A stretch of DNA of 64,000 nucleotides from Mobula hypostoma (Eukaryota): assembly GCF_963921235.1 (NCBI RefSeq), contig NC_086109.1:6264001-6328000 (forward strand), in the 5' to 3' direction. Under the pieces are notes generated by a model. It did not search any database. It was not told the DNA's origin and was given only the letters and a program-made list of their open reading frames with translations. The position numbers and the translations under genes were made by a program. Below, piece by piece: positions 13,001-24,699 of the stretch; positions within the stretch are counted from its first letter, which is position 1; every line of letters begins with the position of its first letter.

Positions 13001-13780
13001 AGGGGGAGACGGACAGAGGGAGGAGAGGGAGGGGGAGACGGACAGAGGGAGGAGAGGGGGGAGATGGACAGAGGGAGGAGAGGGAGAGGGAGGGGGAGAT
13101 GGACAGAGGGAGGAGAGGGGGGAGACGGACAGAGGGAGGAGAGGGGGGAGACGGACAGAGGGAGGAGAGGGGGGAGACGGACAGAGGGAGGAGAGGGGGG
13201 AGGAGACGGACAGAGGGAGGAGAGGGGGGAGACGGACAGAGGGAGGAGAGGGAGGGGGAGACGGACAGAGGGAGGAGGGGGGAGACGGACAGAGGGAGGA
13301 GAGGGAGAGGGAGGGGGAGACGGACAGAGGGAGGAGAGGGGGGAGACGGACAGAGGGAGGAGAGGGAGGGGGAGACGGACAGAGGGAGAGGGAGACAGAC
13401 AGAGGGAGAGGGAGACGGACAGAGGGAGAGGGAGACGGACAGAGGGAGAGGGAGACGGACAGAGGGAGGAGAGGGAGGGGGAGACGGACAGAGGGAGGAG
13501 AGGGGGGGAGACGGACAGAGGGAGGAGGGGGGGAGACGGACAGAGGGAGAGGGGGGGAGACGGACAGAGGGAGAGGGAGGGGGAGACGGACAGAGGGAGA
13601 GGGAGGGGAGACGGACAGAGAGATGGACAGGGAGGGGGAGACGGACAGAGTGAGGAGAGGGAGGGGGAGACGGACAGAGGGAGGAGAGGGAGGGGGAGAC
13701 GGACAGAGGGAGGAGAGGGAGGGGGAGACGGACAGAGAGATGGACAGGGAGGGGGGGGGGAGAGGGTGAGGAGGAGAGAC
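10087..13780 (+). repeat. About 3.7-kb polypurine compound satellite: core GAGACGGACAGAGGG with variable G/A spacers
   Basis: Directly visible. The + strand is nearly all G/A apart from the GACGGAC/GATGGAC core. It accounts for the 635-1238 aa pseudo-ORFs. Confidence 0.97.
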
Positions 13781-13794
13781 ACCCCACCCCTACC

Positions 13795-14665
13795 CGGCTC
13801 ATGAAGCGACCCCCTCTCTACCTTGCTCCAGGCTGCAGCGCAGACGGGGCGCAGACCGCGAGATGCAAGTCCGCTTGTACAGGACATCGCTGAGGACGTC
13901 GCCCAGACTCCGGTTCCTCGCCCGAGCGCTGCCTCCGGCCGAGAACTGGTCCACCGCCGGGCTCCGGACGCGGCTCATGCAGCGGGGCGGGGGGCTGCGA
14001 CCAGCGACCAGCCCGGGACGTGACAGCGGCGCAGCACCCGGCTCTCCCGCTCCTTGAAATCTCGGCGGTGCCTCCGCTTTCTGTCGTGTTTGGAACCGGC
14101 TCCGCGGCGATCCGCGCCTTCCCGGGGCCGGAGACACGTTACGGCCGGAGCTGAGAGCGTCGGTGGCCGTAAAGTGCTCCTCGCCGGCTGCGCATCGAGC
14201 CCCGGCTCAGACGTCCGAGAACGCCGTGTCCGGGAGACCCCCGCCCCAGAGGACGGAATGGGTGGGGGGCTGGAACACAAAGGCTCAGCGGGTCGGGCAG
14301 CGGCTGCGGGAAGAGGAGAGGTCAGGACTCCGAGTTGAAGAGCCGCCGCAATCTGCAGTCCCGGAGATTCGGCAGAAGGCCGGGAACTGGCGGCTGGGAC
14401 ACATCCGAGCCCTGTCCCCGGGACAGGACAGAACAGCGGCTCGGCTGCAGGGCAGCGGCAAGCCGGGGTCAGCACGAAGCTCTCTCCGGAAAGTAGGCAC
14501 GTATTGTATATACCCTTTCATCCGCTGGCCCTGAATTTTGTAGACGGTGCACACTACCGCCCGTTTCCGAAAATCACCCGTGACATCAGCCGAATGAGAT
14601 AAAGGCGTTCAACGGGCACATGGACGTCCAGGGTGTCCCCGCAACACCGGACCGGTTCCGTAACT
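13795..14665. promoter_or_regulatory. CpG island, probable promoter and 5' UTR of the minus-strand gene
   Basis: Very GC-rich with dense undepleted CpG in an otherwise CpG-poor window. It contains a GC box (ggggcgggg near 13984) and overlaps the putative first exon. Confidence 0.8.
13822..13978 (-). CDS. Unidentified gene, putative first coding exon
   Basis: ATG at 13978 inside the CpG island. Encodes MSRVRSPAVDQFSAGGSARARNRSLGDVLSDVLYKRTCISRSAPRLRCSLEQ, then donor CAAG|gtagag (157 nt, phase 1). Kozak context is weak. Confidence 0.6.
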
Positions 14666-14721
14666 TGTAGACTCACTTCTGAACCCTCTACAATCCATGT
14701 TGTCGATATCCATTTATCTAG

Positions 14722-15125
14722 CTCCGTCTCTCTTCCTTTCTCTCTCTCTCTTTCTTTCTGTTTTCTTTCTGTTTTCTTTCTCTTTCTGTTTCTCTTTTTC
14801 TTTCTCTTTTTCTTTTCTTTCTCTTTCTTTCTCTCTTTCGCTTTTCCTTTCTTTTTCTTTCTCTTTTTCTTTTCTTTTTCTTTCTCTTTCTTTCTCTCTT
14901 TCGCTTTTTCTTTCTCTTTCCCTTGTTCTTTTTCTTTCTGTTTTTCTTTCTCTATCTTTTGCTTTCTCTTCTGTTTCTTTCTTTCTCTTTTCTGTCTTTC
15001 TCTCTATCTCCATCTCTCTATCCCTATCTATTTCTATCTATCTCTCTATCTCTCTCCTTCTCCCCTTCCCCTCTCCCTCTTCTCTCTCTCTCTCTTCCTC
15101 TCTATCTCTCTATCTATATATCTGT
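14722..15125 (+). repeat. Polypyrimidine low-complexity tract (CT/CTTT/CTAT)
   Basis: About 400 bp of nearly pure C/T just upstream of the CpG island. Confidence 0.95.
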
Positions 15126-15387
15126 CTTTTCTTTTGTATTTGCATATTTTGTTGTCTTTTGCTGGTTGTTTGTCCATCTTGTGTGATGTTTCTCACTGGT
15201 TCAATAGTGTTTCTTTGTATTTACTGTGAATGCCCACAAGAAAATGAATATGGGTTCTATACGGTGACATATATGTACTTTGGATGCTTTTGAGCTTTGG
15301 TATCCGCAGAAGGGATTAGTTCTGTTGGGTATTTGATTACTAATTTAATTAGTTCTGCACAGCATTATCGGCCGAAGGGTTGTTCCA

Positions 15388-15631
15388 GTGCTGTCCTGTC
15401 CTGCGTATGTTCTACAGTGTATCAGTTACAGTCCTGTGCTGTACTGTCCTGTGTATGTTCTACAGTACATCAGTTACAATCCTGTGCTGTACTGTCCTGC
15501 ATATTTTCTACAGTACATCAGTTACAGTCCTGTGCTGTCCTGTCCTGCGTATGTTCTACAGTGTATCAGTTACAGTCCCGTGCTGTCCTGTCCTGCGTAT
15601 TTTCTACAGTATATCAGTTACAGTCCTGTGC
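15388..15631 (+). repeat. 48-bp minisatellite, 5 copies
   Basis: Unit gtgctgtcctgtcctgcgtatgttctacagtgtatcagttacagtcct. Confidence 0.93.
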
Positions 15632-15691
15632 AAAACTCTTAGGTACATACAGCACATAAGCTAGGGTACCTAAGACTTTTGCACAGTACTG
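15621..15691. mobile_element. 71-bp Tc1/mariner-type mini-MITE
   Basis: Terminal inverted repeats (TIRs) cagtcctgtgcaaaactcttaggtac / gtacctaagacttttgcacagtactg, with TA on both sides. A related TIR fragment lies at about 4853-4970. Confidence 0.8.
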
Positions 15692-17894
15692 TATTTGTCA
15701 ATGTGGAGTGGAGAGCGAGTTGTAAATCTGGCGGGAGTGGCAAGGGTGGAGGGGTGTGGGACAGGTGGCAGAGAAGGAGTGTTGCGGGGGGGGTGGTGTG
15801 GGTGCAGACACACCCAGGCCTGAGACACTAGACAAGGTCATTTAATTCCAAACAATAAACTGGTTTATTGATCATTACAGAATGTCTCTCTGGTGCTTCC
15901 CCCTTCCTCCCCTCTTCCTTCCCCTTTTCCCAACCACAATTCCCTTCTCCCTGTCCCCTCCCACTCTCAGTCCACCATAGAGACCCATATCAGAATTAAG
16001 TTTATCATCACCCACATATGTCATGAAATTTGTTTTTTGTTTTAGATGAGAGATTTAAAGAGGACTTCTTTGTTCAGTGTGTGGTCTGTGGCGTAGTGGT
16101 GAGCACAGCACTCCCCAGCACCAGCAACCCAGGTTCAATTCCCGTCACTGTCTGTAAGGAGTTTGTATATTCTCCCCGTGACTGCATGGGGTGGTTTCCT
16201 CCCACAGTCCAAATCGGCAGGTTAATTAGTCATTGTAAGTTGCCCAGTGATTAGGCGAGGGTCAAATCGGGGGATTGCTGGGCGGCGAGGCTCAAAGGGC
16301 AGGAAGAGCCTATTGCACACTGTATCAGAATAAACAAATACGGAAGTGGTTGAGGGAAGCACATCAAAGGACATTTGGACAGGTATATGAGATAGGAAAG
16401 GTTCAAAGGGACATGTGCAAATTGGACTAAGTTAACTGAGAACGTTGGTCAGCATGGATGATTTGTGCCAAAGGGCCTGATCCTGTGCTTTTTATTAATG
16501 ATTCTATGACTATAACCAACAATAATTGTTGGACACTTCCATACCTGCGGGCAATTCTGACAAATCCCCCCCACCCCACCTACAGGTCAACAGTCATAGG
16601 GACACATCACCACCTACAGTCCCATTCCACCCTGATGGGGAAATACATCACTATCACTGGTTCCACATACTGGCTCTCCCTCCCCAACAGCACTGAGGGA
16701 GCACCTTTACCAGAAGCACTGCAGCCGTCAAGAAGACAACTCCCCCTCATCCAGAGCAGTGAAGATATTTTTTTTTAAGAGATTCTGCGCAGATCAGGCC
16801 TTTCCAGCCATTAAGCTGCTCTGCCTAGCAACGCACCAACTTAACCATAGCCCCATCACAGGACAACTTACAGTGACAATCAACCTACCAACTGGTACGT
16901 CTTTGGACTGGGGGAGCAAACCGGTCACGGGGAGAGTGAACAAACTTTCTGACAGAGGAGCTGAATTGGGTGCTCCAGCACCCTATGCTGTCGTAGAGTC
17001 GTGCTACCCGCCAGGGCACCCCGTGTGAATGGACGAGGACCCAGCGCTGGCGACAGGGAACCTTTACTGAGATAACGAACGGGTACAAGTCATCCCTCCC
17101 AGTGAGTGAAATGACCACATTCCATTATCTGCTGTTTACCCGCCTGGTATGCCATCTGCGGTCAGTCACCCTCCTTTGTCGTTCGTGTATCCAGATGTTC
17201 TGTGTCACAAGTAAAATAACGTCCCCCGTAAACACAAGCCCAAGTCACTAATTGGACAAAGAAGAACTCAAAATATCAGTCCCTGGTGACCTGTCCTCCT
17301 ACCCCAACAACTCGTCCCTGTCACCACTGTCCCTTTAGTGCCCTAGTCTTTAACTCTCCACACCTCAGTTAGGTGGCACTTTCATACATCCGAACGCAAT
17401 CAGAGGAACTTCCAAATAACTCCAGACCCTTTCCAACTTTTGCTCAATTCTTTCTCCATTCCTGCTAAAGCATTGTTTACATTTACATTTACATCATTTA
17501 TTATTATATTGTAATCTGTCCTTTACTGTGCCTGTGGTCCTGTTTATTAATAATTGTACTGTCTTGCACTGTTTTGTGCACTTTATGTAGTCCAGTGTAG
17601 GTCTGAGGTGTAATGTAGTTTTGTGTTGTTTCAGGTAGTTGTGTTGTTTTGTGTTGTTTCATGTAGCACCATGGTCCTGCAGGAACATTGTTTCATTTTT
17701 ACTGTGTACTGTACCAGCAGTTATGGTTGAAATGACAATAAAAGCAACTTGACTTGACTTGATAATCCAACTGACCTGCTGAAGTCCCTGTAGGGTAGCG
17801 TGCATTTTCAACAATGTCTTCTATACTGTATTATTTTTTATATTGCTGTTAAATTTAAAGATAAAGGCCACGTTTTGGTTAATACTAGTACCTT

Positions 17895-18270
17895 GTTCAT
17901 TCATGATGTGCAATGTCATATGACGTTGGCGATACGGTCTTTCCATGACAATGATTGTTCTTGGCAAATGTTTCTACGGAAGTGGTTTGCCATCGCCTTC
18001 TCCTGGGCAGTGTCTTTACAAGACGGGTGACCCCAGCCATTAGCAATACTCTTCAGAGATTGTCTGCCTGGTGTCAGTGGTCACATAACCAGGACTTGTG
18101 ATCTGTACCAGCTGCTCATACGACCATCCACCACCTGATCCCATGGCTTCACGTGACCCTGATCGGGGGGCTAAGCAGGTGCTCCACCTTGCCCAAGGGG
18201 GACCTGCAGGCTACTGGAGGGAAGGAGCACCTTACACCCCCTTTGGTAGAGACATATCTCCACCTCCCCA
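17895..18270 (-). mobile_element. Second non-autonomous RTE-derived family (other copies at ~2870-3185 and ~21628-22035)
   Basis: Three ~350-400-bp copies are mutually similar. They contain an agaaggcaatggcaaaccact-like motif (RTE/BovB-type) and have no tRNA head. Confidence 0.65.
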
Positions 18271-19200
18271 CTCAACTCTTACTTACACCCGCTATTACAC
18301 AGCCTCAGAACCGAAGAACATCCCATTAGAACAGAGATGAGGAGGAATTTCTTTAGCCAGAGGGTGGTGAATGTGTGGAATTCACTGCCACAGACAACTG
18401 GGGAGGCCAAGTCATTCTGTGGAGGTTGATAAATTCTTAATTAGTCAGGGCATCAAGGGTTACGGGAAAAAGACAGGAGAAAATAAATCAGCTATGATTG
18501 AACGGCAGAGCAGACTTGATGGGCTGAATGGCCTATGTCTGCTCCTATGGTTTATGGCTTGATGTTCTAACCAAGTCAAACACCACTTGCCTTTAACCCC
18601 CAGCTGAGATTTAATTTTGAGACTGTATCTTTCCAAATGCTAAATAATTTTGTTCTACGTTACTGTTGCTTTAGATGCCCTGCTTGCAGTGGTTCCATTC
18701 TTCCAGTTTCCTCCCACATTCCAAAAACGTACAGTAAGGGTTAGTAAGTTGTGGGCGTGCTGTGTTAGCGCTGGAAGTGTGGCGTCACTTGCGGGCTGCT
18801 TTGACCACATCCTTCGCCCTGCATTGGTCATTGATACAAAACAATGCAATTAACTGAATGTTTCAATGCACACTTGACAAACAAAGTTAAGCTTTATCTT
18901 TATTCTCTCTCTGAGCAGACATATTTTTTGCCCTCCGGTCCTGCCCTGCCCTGCTGTCTATACTCCCTCATAATTTTATATATCTCAGTTATCTCCCCTG
19001 CACTCTAGAGAGTACAGATCCAGTCTCTCCTCATAACTGTACTGCACAATGTCCTCTGCACCTTCTCCAGTGCAGTCACATCCCTTCTGTAGTGTGGTGA
19101 CCAGAACTGTACGCATGAGGTCAGACCAAGGTTTTAGAGGGCTTTGGGATCATTTGCATTCCCCTGAGTAAGCAAAGAGGACCTCAGATTAATGACCCAT

Positions 19201-19430
19201 ACCTCCCAGAGCCCCACATCTAGTGAGAAGCAGACCTTCCAAGGCCCCACATCTAGTGAGATGCAGACCTTCCATTGCCCTGCATGTGGAGAGATGTAGA
19301 CCTGCCAAGGCCCCACATCTGGAGAGATACAGACCTTCCAACACCCCACAACTAGTGAGATACATACAGACCTTCCAAAGTCCCACATCTAGTGAGATGC
19401 AGACCTTCCAGGGCCTCATCTGGAGATTCA
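19201..19430 (+). repeat. Degenerate ~33-bp minisatellite, about 7 copies
   Basis: Unit approximately cagaccttccaaggccccacatctagtgagatg, with a further partial copy near 19490-19515. Confidence 0.85.
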
Positions 19431-20248
19431 CTTCCCAAGTTTAACAGCTGGACAGCCAGAACACCTAGGGCTTAACATCTCAAGAGGGACCTCCCAGAGA
19501 TCCACATCTGGAGAGCCACATTGAGATGCAGAGGTGTGAGGTGTACGTTCCCACCGCTGGTGAGCCCAGCCACCAGCTGCTTTCCGGCACTGTGGTCTGA
19601 ACATATCACTCTCCCCAGCAGAGGGTGCAAGGTACACACTCTGTCCCAGCATGAAGGCCGGAACAGCAAAGGCACCTTCCGTACAGGCCGGTCTGTGGGC
19701 TGGAATTGGAATTGGAACTGGAACTGGTTTATTATAGTCATAGTCATGCTTTATTGATCCCAAGGGAAATTTGGTTTCGTTACAGTTGCACCATCCAAGA
19801 ACAGAGTATAAATATAGCCATATAAAACCATAAATAATTAAATAATAATATGTAAATTATGCCAGGAAGTAAGTCCAGGACCAGCCTATTGGCTCAGGGT
19901 GTCACATACAGTCACATGTACTGAGATATAGTGAAAAGCTTGTCTTGTATACTGCTCATCCAGATCAAATCATTACACAGAGCATTGTGCTGGAGCAGAG
20001 TAAAATAATAACAGATTTAAGATTTAAAGTTCCTTAATCGTACAGCTTACCTTGCATACTGATCAGATCACTACACAGTGCACTGAGGTAGACCAGGGTA
20101 AAACAACAATGCAGATTGAAGTGTAAAAGTTACAGTGCAGGTAGACAATAAGGTGTAATGAGGTAGATTATGAGGTCGGGAATCCATCTTATTGTACTGA
20201 GGAACCTTTCAGTCGTCAACCGCCGGATAGAAGCCTGGTGGTGCGTCA

Positions 20249-20817
20249 TTTCCTGAGGAGACTGAGGTCCTTTAACATCTGCCGGACGATGCTGAGGATG
20301 TTCTACGAGTCTGTGGTGGCCAGTGCGATCATGTTTGCTGTTGTGTGCTGGGGCAGCAGGCTGAGGGTAGTAGACATCAACAGAATCAACAAACTAATTC
20401 GTAAGGCCAGTGATGTTGTGGGGATGGAACTGGACTCTCTGACGGTGGTGTCTGAAAAGAGGATGCTGTCCAAGTTGCATGCCATCTTGGTCAATGTCTC
20501 CCATCCACTACATAATGTACAGGGTGGGCACAGGAGTACATTCAGCCAGAGACTCATTCCACCGAGATGCAACACAGAGCGTCATAGGAAGTCATTCCTG
20601 CCTGTGGCCATCAAACTTTACAACTCCTCCCTTGGAGGGTCAGACACCCTGAGCCAATAGGCTGGTCCTCGACTTATTTCATAATTTATTGGCATAACTT
20701 ACATATTACTATTTAACTATTTATGGCTTTATTACTATTTATTATTTATGGTGCAACTGTAACGAAAACCAATTTCCCCCGGGATCAATAAAGTATGACT
20801 ATGACTATGACTATGAC
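20249..20817 (+). mobile_element. Young Rex1/Babar-like LINE 3' fragment with a (GACTAT)n tail
   Basis: Intact C-terminal ORF LRRLRSFNIC...HRKSFLPVAIKLYN, then AATAAA and gactat repeats. Near-identical to 28218-28785. A short tail-only copy is on the minus strand at ~19733-19902. Confidence 0.85.
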
Positions 20818-22278
20818 CATTTCAGGTTTCATCTCAGGTCAGTGCGTGGACCAATACCGAGAGCTTTAACATAAAAAGTAAACAGTGGCAGGATGATGAA
20901 TAAACAGTCAAACCTTCGAAATGTTGTCAATGAAAAGGGTGAGGGATGTGGTGCCCGGATATTTTATTTAAAAGTGGTTTGGTCTTTTCCTGGTGGTTGT
21001 TGGTGGAATCTGCTCAGGAAGTGTAAATGGTGTGGTACGGTAGTGTAGCGGTTAGCGTAACGTTTTACAGCGCCAGTGATCAGGGTTCAACTCCCCCTGC
21101 TGTCTGTACGGTTGCTCCGTGGCCGTCCGTGTTTTCTCTGGGTGCTCCGCTTTCCTCCCGTATTCTAAAGATGAGTGGTTTAGGGTTAGTGAGTCGCAGG
21201 CAGGCTACGTTGGCACTGGAAGCATGTCGACACTTACAGGCTTCCCCAGCACATCCTTGGACTGGTCATTGACACAAACAATGTATTCAACTGTATGTTC
21301 TGATATTTCATTGTACAATCATTACCATCATTATGTGCCCTGATGTATGACATAGGTGATCATGGTCTTTGATCCCTTTGATTTGCCTATATTGTCAGGA
21401 GGGTAAAATATGTTATGTCAAAAAATACTCTACTGACATCTGTTATCTGGTTTATAAGATTAGTATTTTTCACTTCAAAAATATTGATCCATATTATGTG
21501 AGTTTGGAGATTGGAACTTAATTGTGTAGATTGGTCACTGTAAGTTGTCTGTGACTAGGCTAGCGTTTGATAGGTGGGTTGCTCGGCAGTGTGGCTCATG
21601 GGACCAGAAAGGCCTGTCTCATGCTCTTTGTTCATTCAGTATGTGCCGTGTCATATGACATGGGCCATCAGGCTCTTTTCATGACCATGAATGATCTTGG
21701 CAAATTTTTCTACAGAAGTAGGTTGCCTTCTTCTGGGCAGTGTCTTTACAAGACAGGTGACCCCAGACATGATCAATGCTCTTCAGAGATTGTCTGCCTG
21801 GCGTCAGTGGTCACATCACCAGAACTTGTGATATGCACCAGTTGCTCATATATCCCCCTCCTGCTCCCATGGCTTCACATGACCCAGATTGGTGGGGGCT
21901 GTGGGGGGGGCGGGGGAGAGGACTGAGCAGGTGACCTGCTTAGGGTGATCGGGGAGCCAAGGGTGACCTGCAGGCTAGCAGAGGGAAGGAGTGCCTTACA
22001 CCTCCTTTGGTAGAGACGTATCTCCACTCCGCCATTCACATTGTACAGTACATGTGCCAGGTAAAGCTACTCTTTTTTTAAAACTGTGGGCTCTGTAAGC
22101 CTTACAGTCATACAGTGTGGGAACAGGCTCTTTGGCCCATTGAGTCTGTGCTAACCCATTGGCACTAATCCAACACTAAGGCTGTTGGATTAGACTGTAT
22201 AATTGTTATTTTCCTTGTAGTTTGACTTTCTTATGCTTGTTTGCATTTATATTTGGTTATCTATATATAGGCAATGGT

Positions 22279-22590
22279 GGGCACGTGGCCAAGTGGTTAA
22301 GGCATTGGACTAGCGACCTGAAGGTCGTGAGTTCGAGCCCAGCCGAGGCAACGTGTTGTGTCCTTGAGCAAGGCACTTAATCACACATTGCTCTGCGACG
22401 ACGCTGGTGCCAAGCTGTATGGGTCCTAATGCCCTTCCCATGGACAACATTGGTGTCGTGGAGAGGGGAGACTTGCAGCATGGGCAACTGCTGGTCTTCC
22501 ATACAACCTTGCCCAGGCCTGCGCCCTGGAGAGTGAAGACTTTCCAGGCGCAGATCCATGGTCTCGCAAGACTAACGGATGCCTTTACTT
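22279..22590 (+). mobile_element. tRNA-derived SINE with an RTE-related body and tail
   Basis: A box tggccaagtgg (22286-22296) and B box gttcgagcc (22331-22339), then gtgtccttgagcaaggcacttaa and a (cttta) tail. Imperfect flanking duplication tata-gcaat-g. Confidence 0.85.
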
Positions 22591-24699
22591 TATATGCAAT
22601 TGTTCAGCATGTTTCCTATGGTTACAGTTCCTCTGTATTATTCTAGAAGCTTCTTGGTTCCAGTGGCAGGTATCACATTACAGTACTTGAATGAGGGAGG
22701 GGTGTATATCTTATTCTCTGATTCAAGCAACTTTGCGTTGACTTTTGCCTTTGCCTTCCTTCACTACTTTGCTTTTCCTATTCTCCTTTGTTCTTTTTGG
22801 GCTTAATAATCAATCATAACCAACAAGTTTTATGCCTCATCCTTGACTTCTGAAGAGCCTCGAATCAAAGGCATCAGCATCCAACCGTCTCCCCACATTC
22901 CTGTCAAATCCTCCTAGAATTTACCACCCAACTACGCACAAGGGGAATTTTACAGAGACCAAGTAATTACGAAATAAGAATCAGCATTTAAAATAAAAAG
23001 TTACCCATTTGTGAAAAAAAATGAAGCACTTCTTTGCTCTCAGAGGGTCACGAGAAGCTCTGTTCCTCAAAGGGCACTGGACACATTCGCTGAATATTTT
23101 TAAGGCGCTAGGACTGGATAAGTGACAGGGGTGAAAGGTTACCGGCAGTGGTCAAGATGGCAAAGCTGAGGTCACAGGTCAAACACTTTGGAGAGGATCC
23201 AGAGGAGGGTCTCGAGAATGAAAATGTTAATGTATGAGAGTGTTTAATGGCTCCAGGTCTGTATTCACTGGGGTTTAGAAGAATGGGGGGGATCTCATTG
23301 AAACCTATCAAATATTGAAAGGCCTCGACATGGGCATGGAGAGGATGTTTCCTTTGTGGGAGAGTCTAAGACCAGAGGGCACAGCCTCAGAATACATGGA
23401 AATCCTTTTAGCACAGGGACAAGGAGCATTTTTTTTTTAGCCAGAGAGTGGTGAGTCTACAGACTTCATTGGGCATATTTAAAGCACAGTTTGATGTGTT
23501 CCTGATCAGCCACAGTGTCAAAGATTATGGGAAGAAAGCCGAAGAATGAGGTTGAGAGGGGAAATCAATCAGCCACGATCGGATGGCAGAGCAGACTTAA
23601 TGGGCCATTCAGATTCGATGGGCTGAATGGTCTGATTCTGCTCCTACAGTATGTCTCGTGGTCTGGTTGACCCAAGGGACAAACTCATTGGGCCTTTCCC
23701 CTGCACCTAATTCGTGGAAGTCAGCAGTCAGTGATGCATCATGTTTGTCAGTGAAAACAGGTCATTGGAGAGAGTAAATTACTGAATCTAATGGAAATGA
23801 GGTATCACTCTCTTCTCTGATGCTCTCTTGGTGTTAATTATTCCTCCACTGATATCAATCAGTCTAAATCAGCTTTACCAGTGTCTGCACATATATATAT
23901 ATTCAGCTGTAATCTCACCAACAGCAGTCGGCATTGCGTGAGCAGTAGGTTCAGTACCCACACTGGTGTTTACTTTGTGGAGTTTGTATGTTCTCCTTCT
24001 GAACCTCATTGGTTTCCCTCGCCTGCTCTGGCTCTTCCCGTATCCCAGCGGCGTGCAGGTTAGTAGGCTGATTGGTTGTTATAAATTAGCCCTGGGGTAG
24101 GTGGGTGGTAGAACTGGGATGAAGTTGGTGGCCACGTGATTCACCAACAGGGAATTAAATGGGATGGGATTGAGCTGCACTCCGATTCTCCCACCACAGG
24201 TGCTGCCTGACCTGCTGAGTGTTTCTGCTTTAGTTTCAGATTTCCAACACCCACTGCATTTTTAAAAATTTTCTTGGGATTGATGGGAACTGAGAGCCGG
24301 TCTTGATTTAAAGATCTGAACAGCCTAATAAGGAAATGAGTAGCCATTACACAACATAAAGACATAATTTTGGAGAGTATTATCAACCCAGGAAGGTACT
24401 CTACATTTCTGGTAGTTTGACAGAGGAAGTGGGTTTGGGGATTTCAGCGGTGTGATGATGTGTGAGTGATAATGCTTGTCCACAAACGAGGAAGTATGTA
24501 CAGTAGGTTCACACAGTAAGATGCATCATGTTCCCCCCACCTCAAAGTTCAAAGTAACTTTATGACAAATACATATGTCACCAAATACAAATGACTGAGA
24601 TTCATTTTCTTACAGACGTTCACAGTAGAACAAAGAAATACAAGAGAATCAATGAAAAACTACACACAAACAACCAATGTGCAAAAGAGGACAAACTGC

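Noticed and set aside
10086..13887. Very long ORFs (635-1238 aa) on both strands
   Set aside because: They are translations of a G/A satellite that cannot form stop codons. Multiple frames are open and the sequence is pure low complexity.
14633..15293. Phe/Ser/Leu-rich membrane-protein-like ORFs
   Set aside because: Translation of a CT-rich microsatellite plus a LINE tail.
22279..22352. tRNA gene
   Set aside because: A and B boxes are present, but the acceptor and anticodon stems pair poorly and the sequence runs into a SINE body that has a second copy at 57257-57526.
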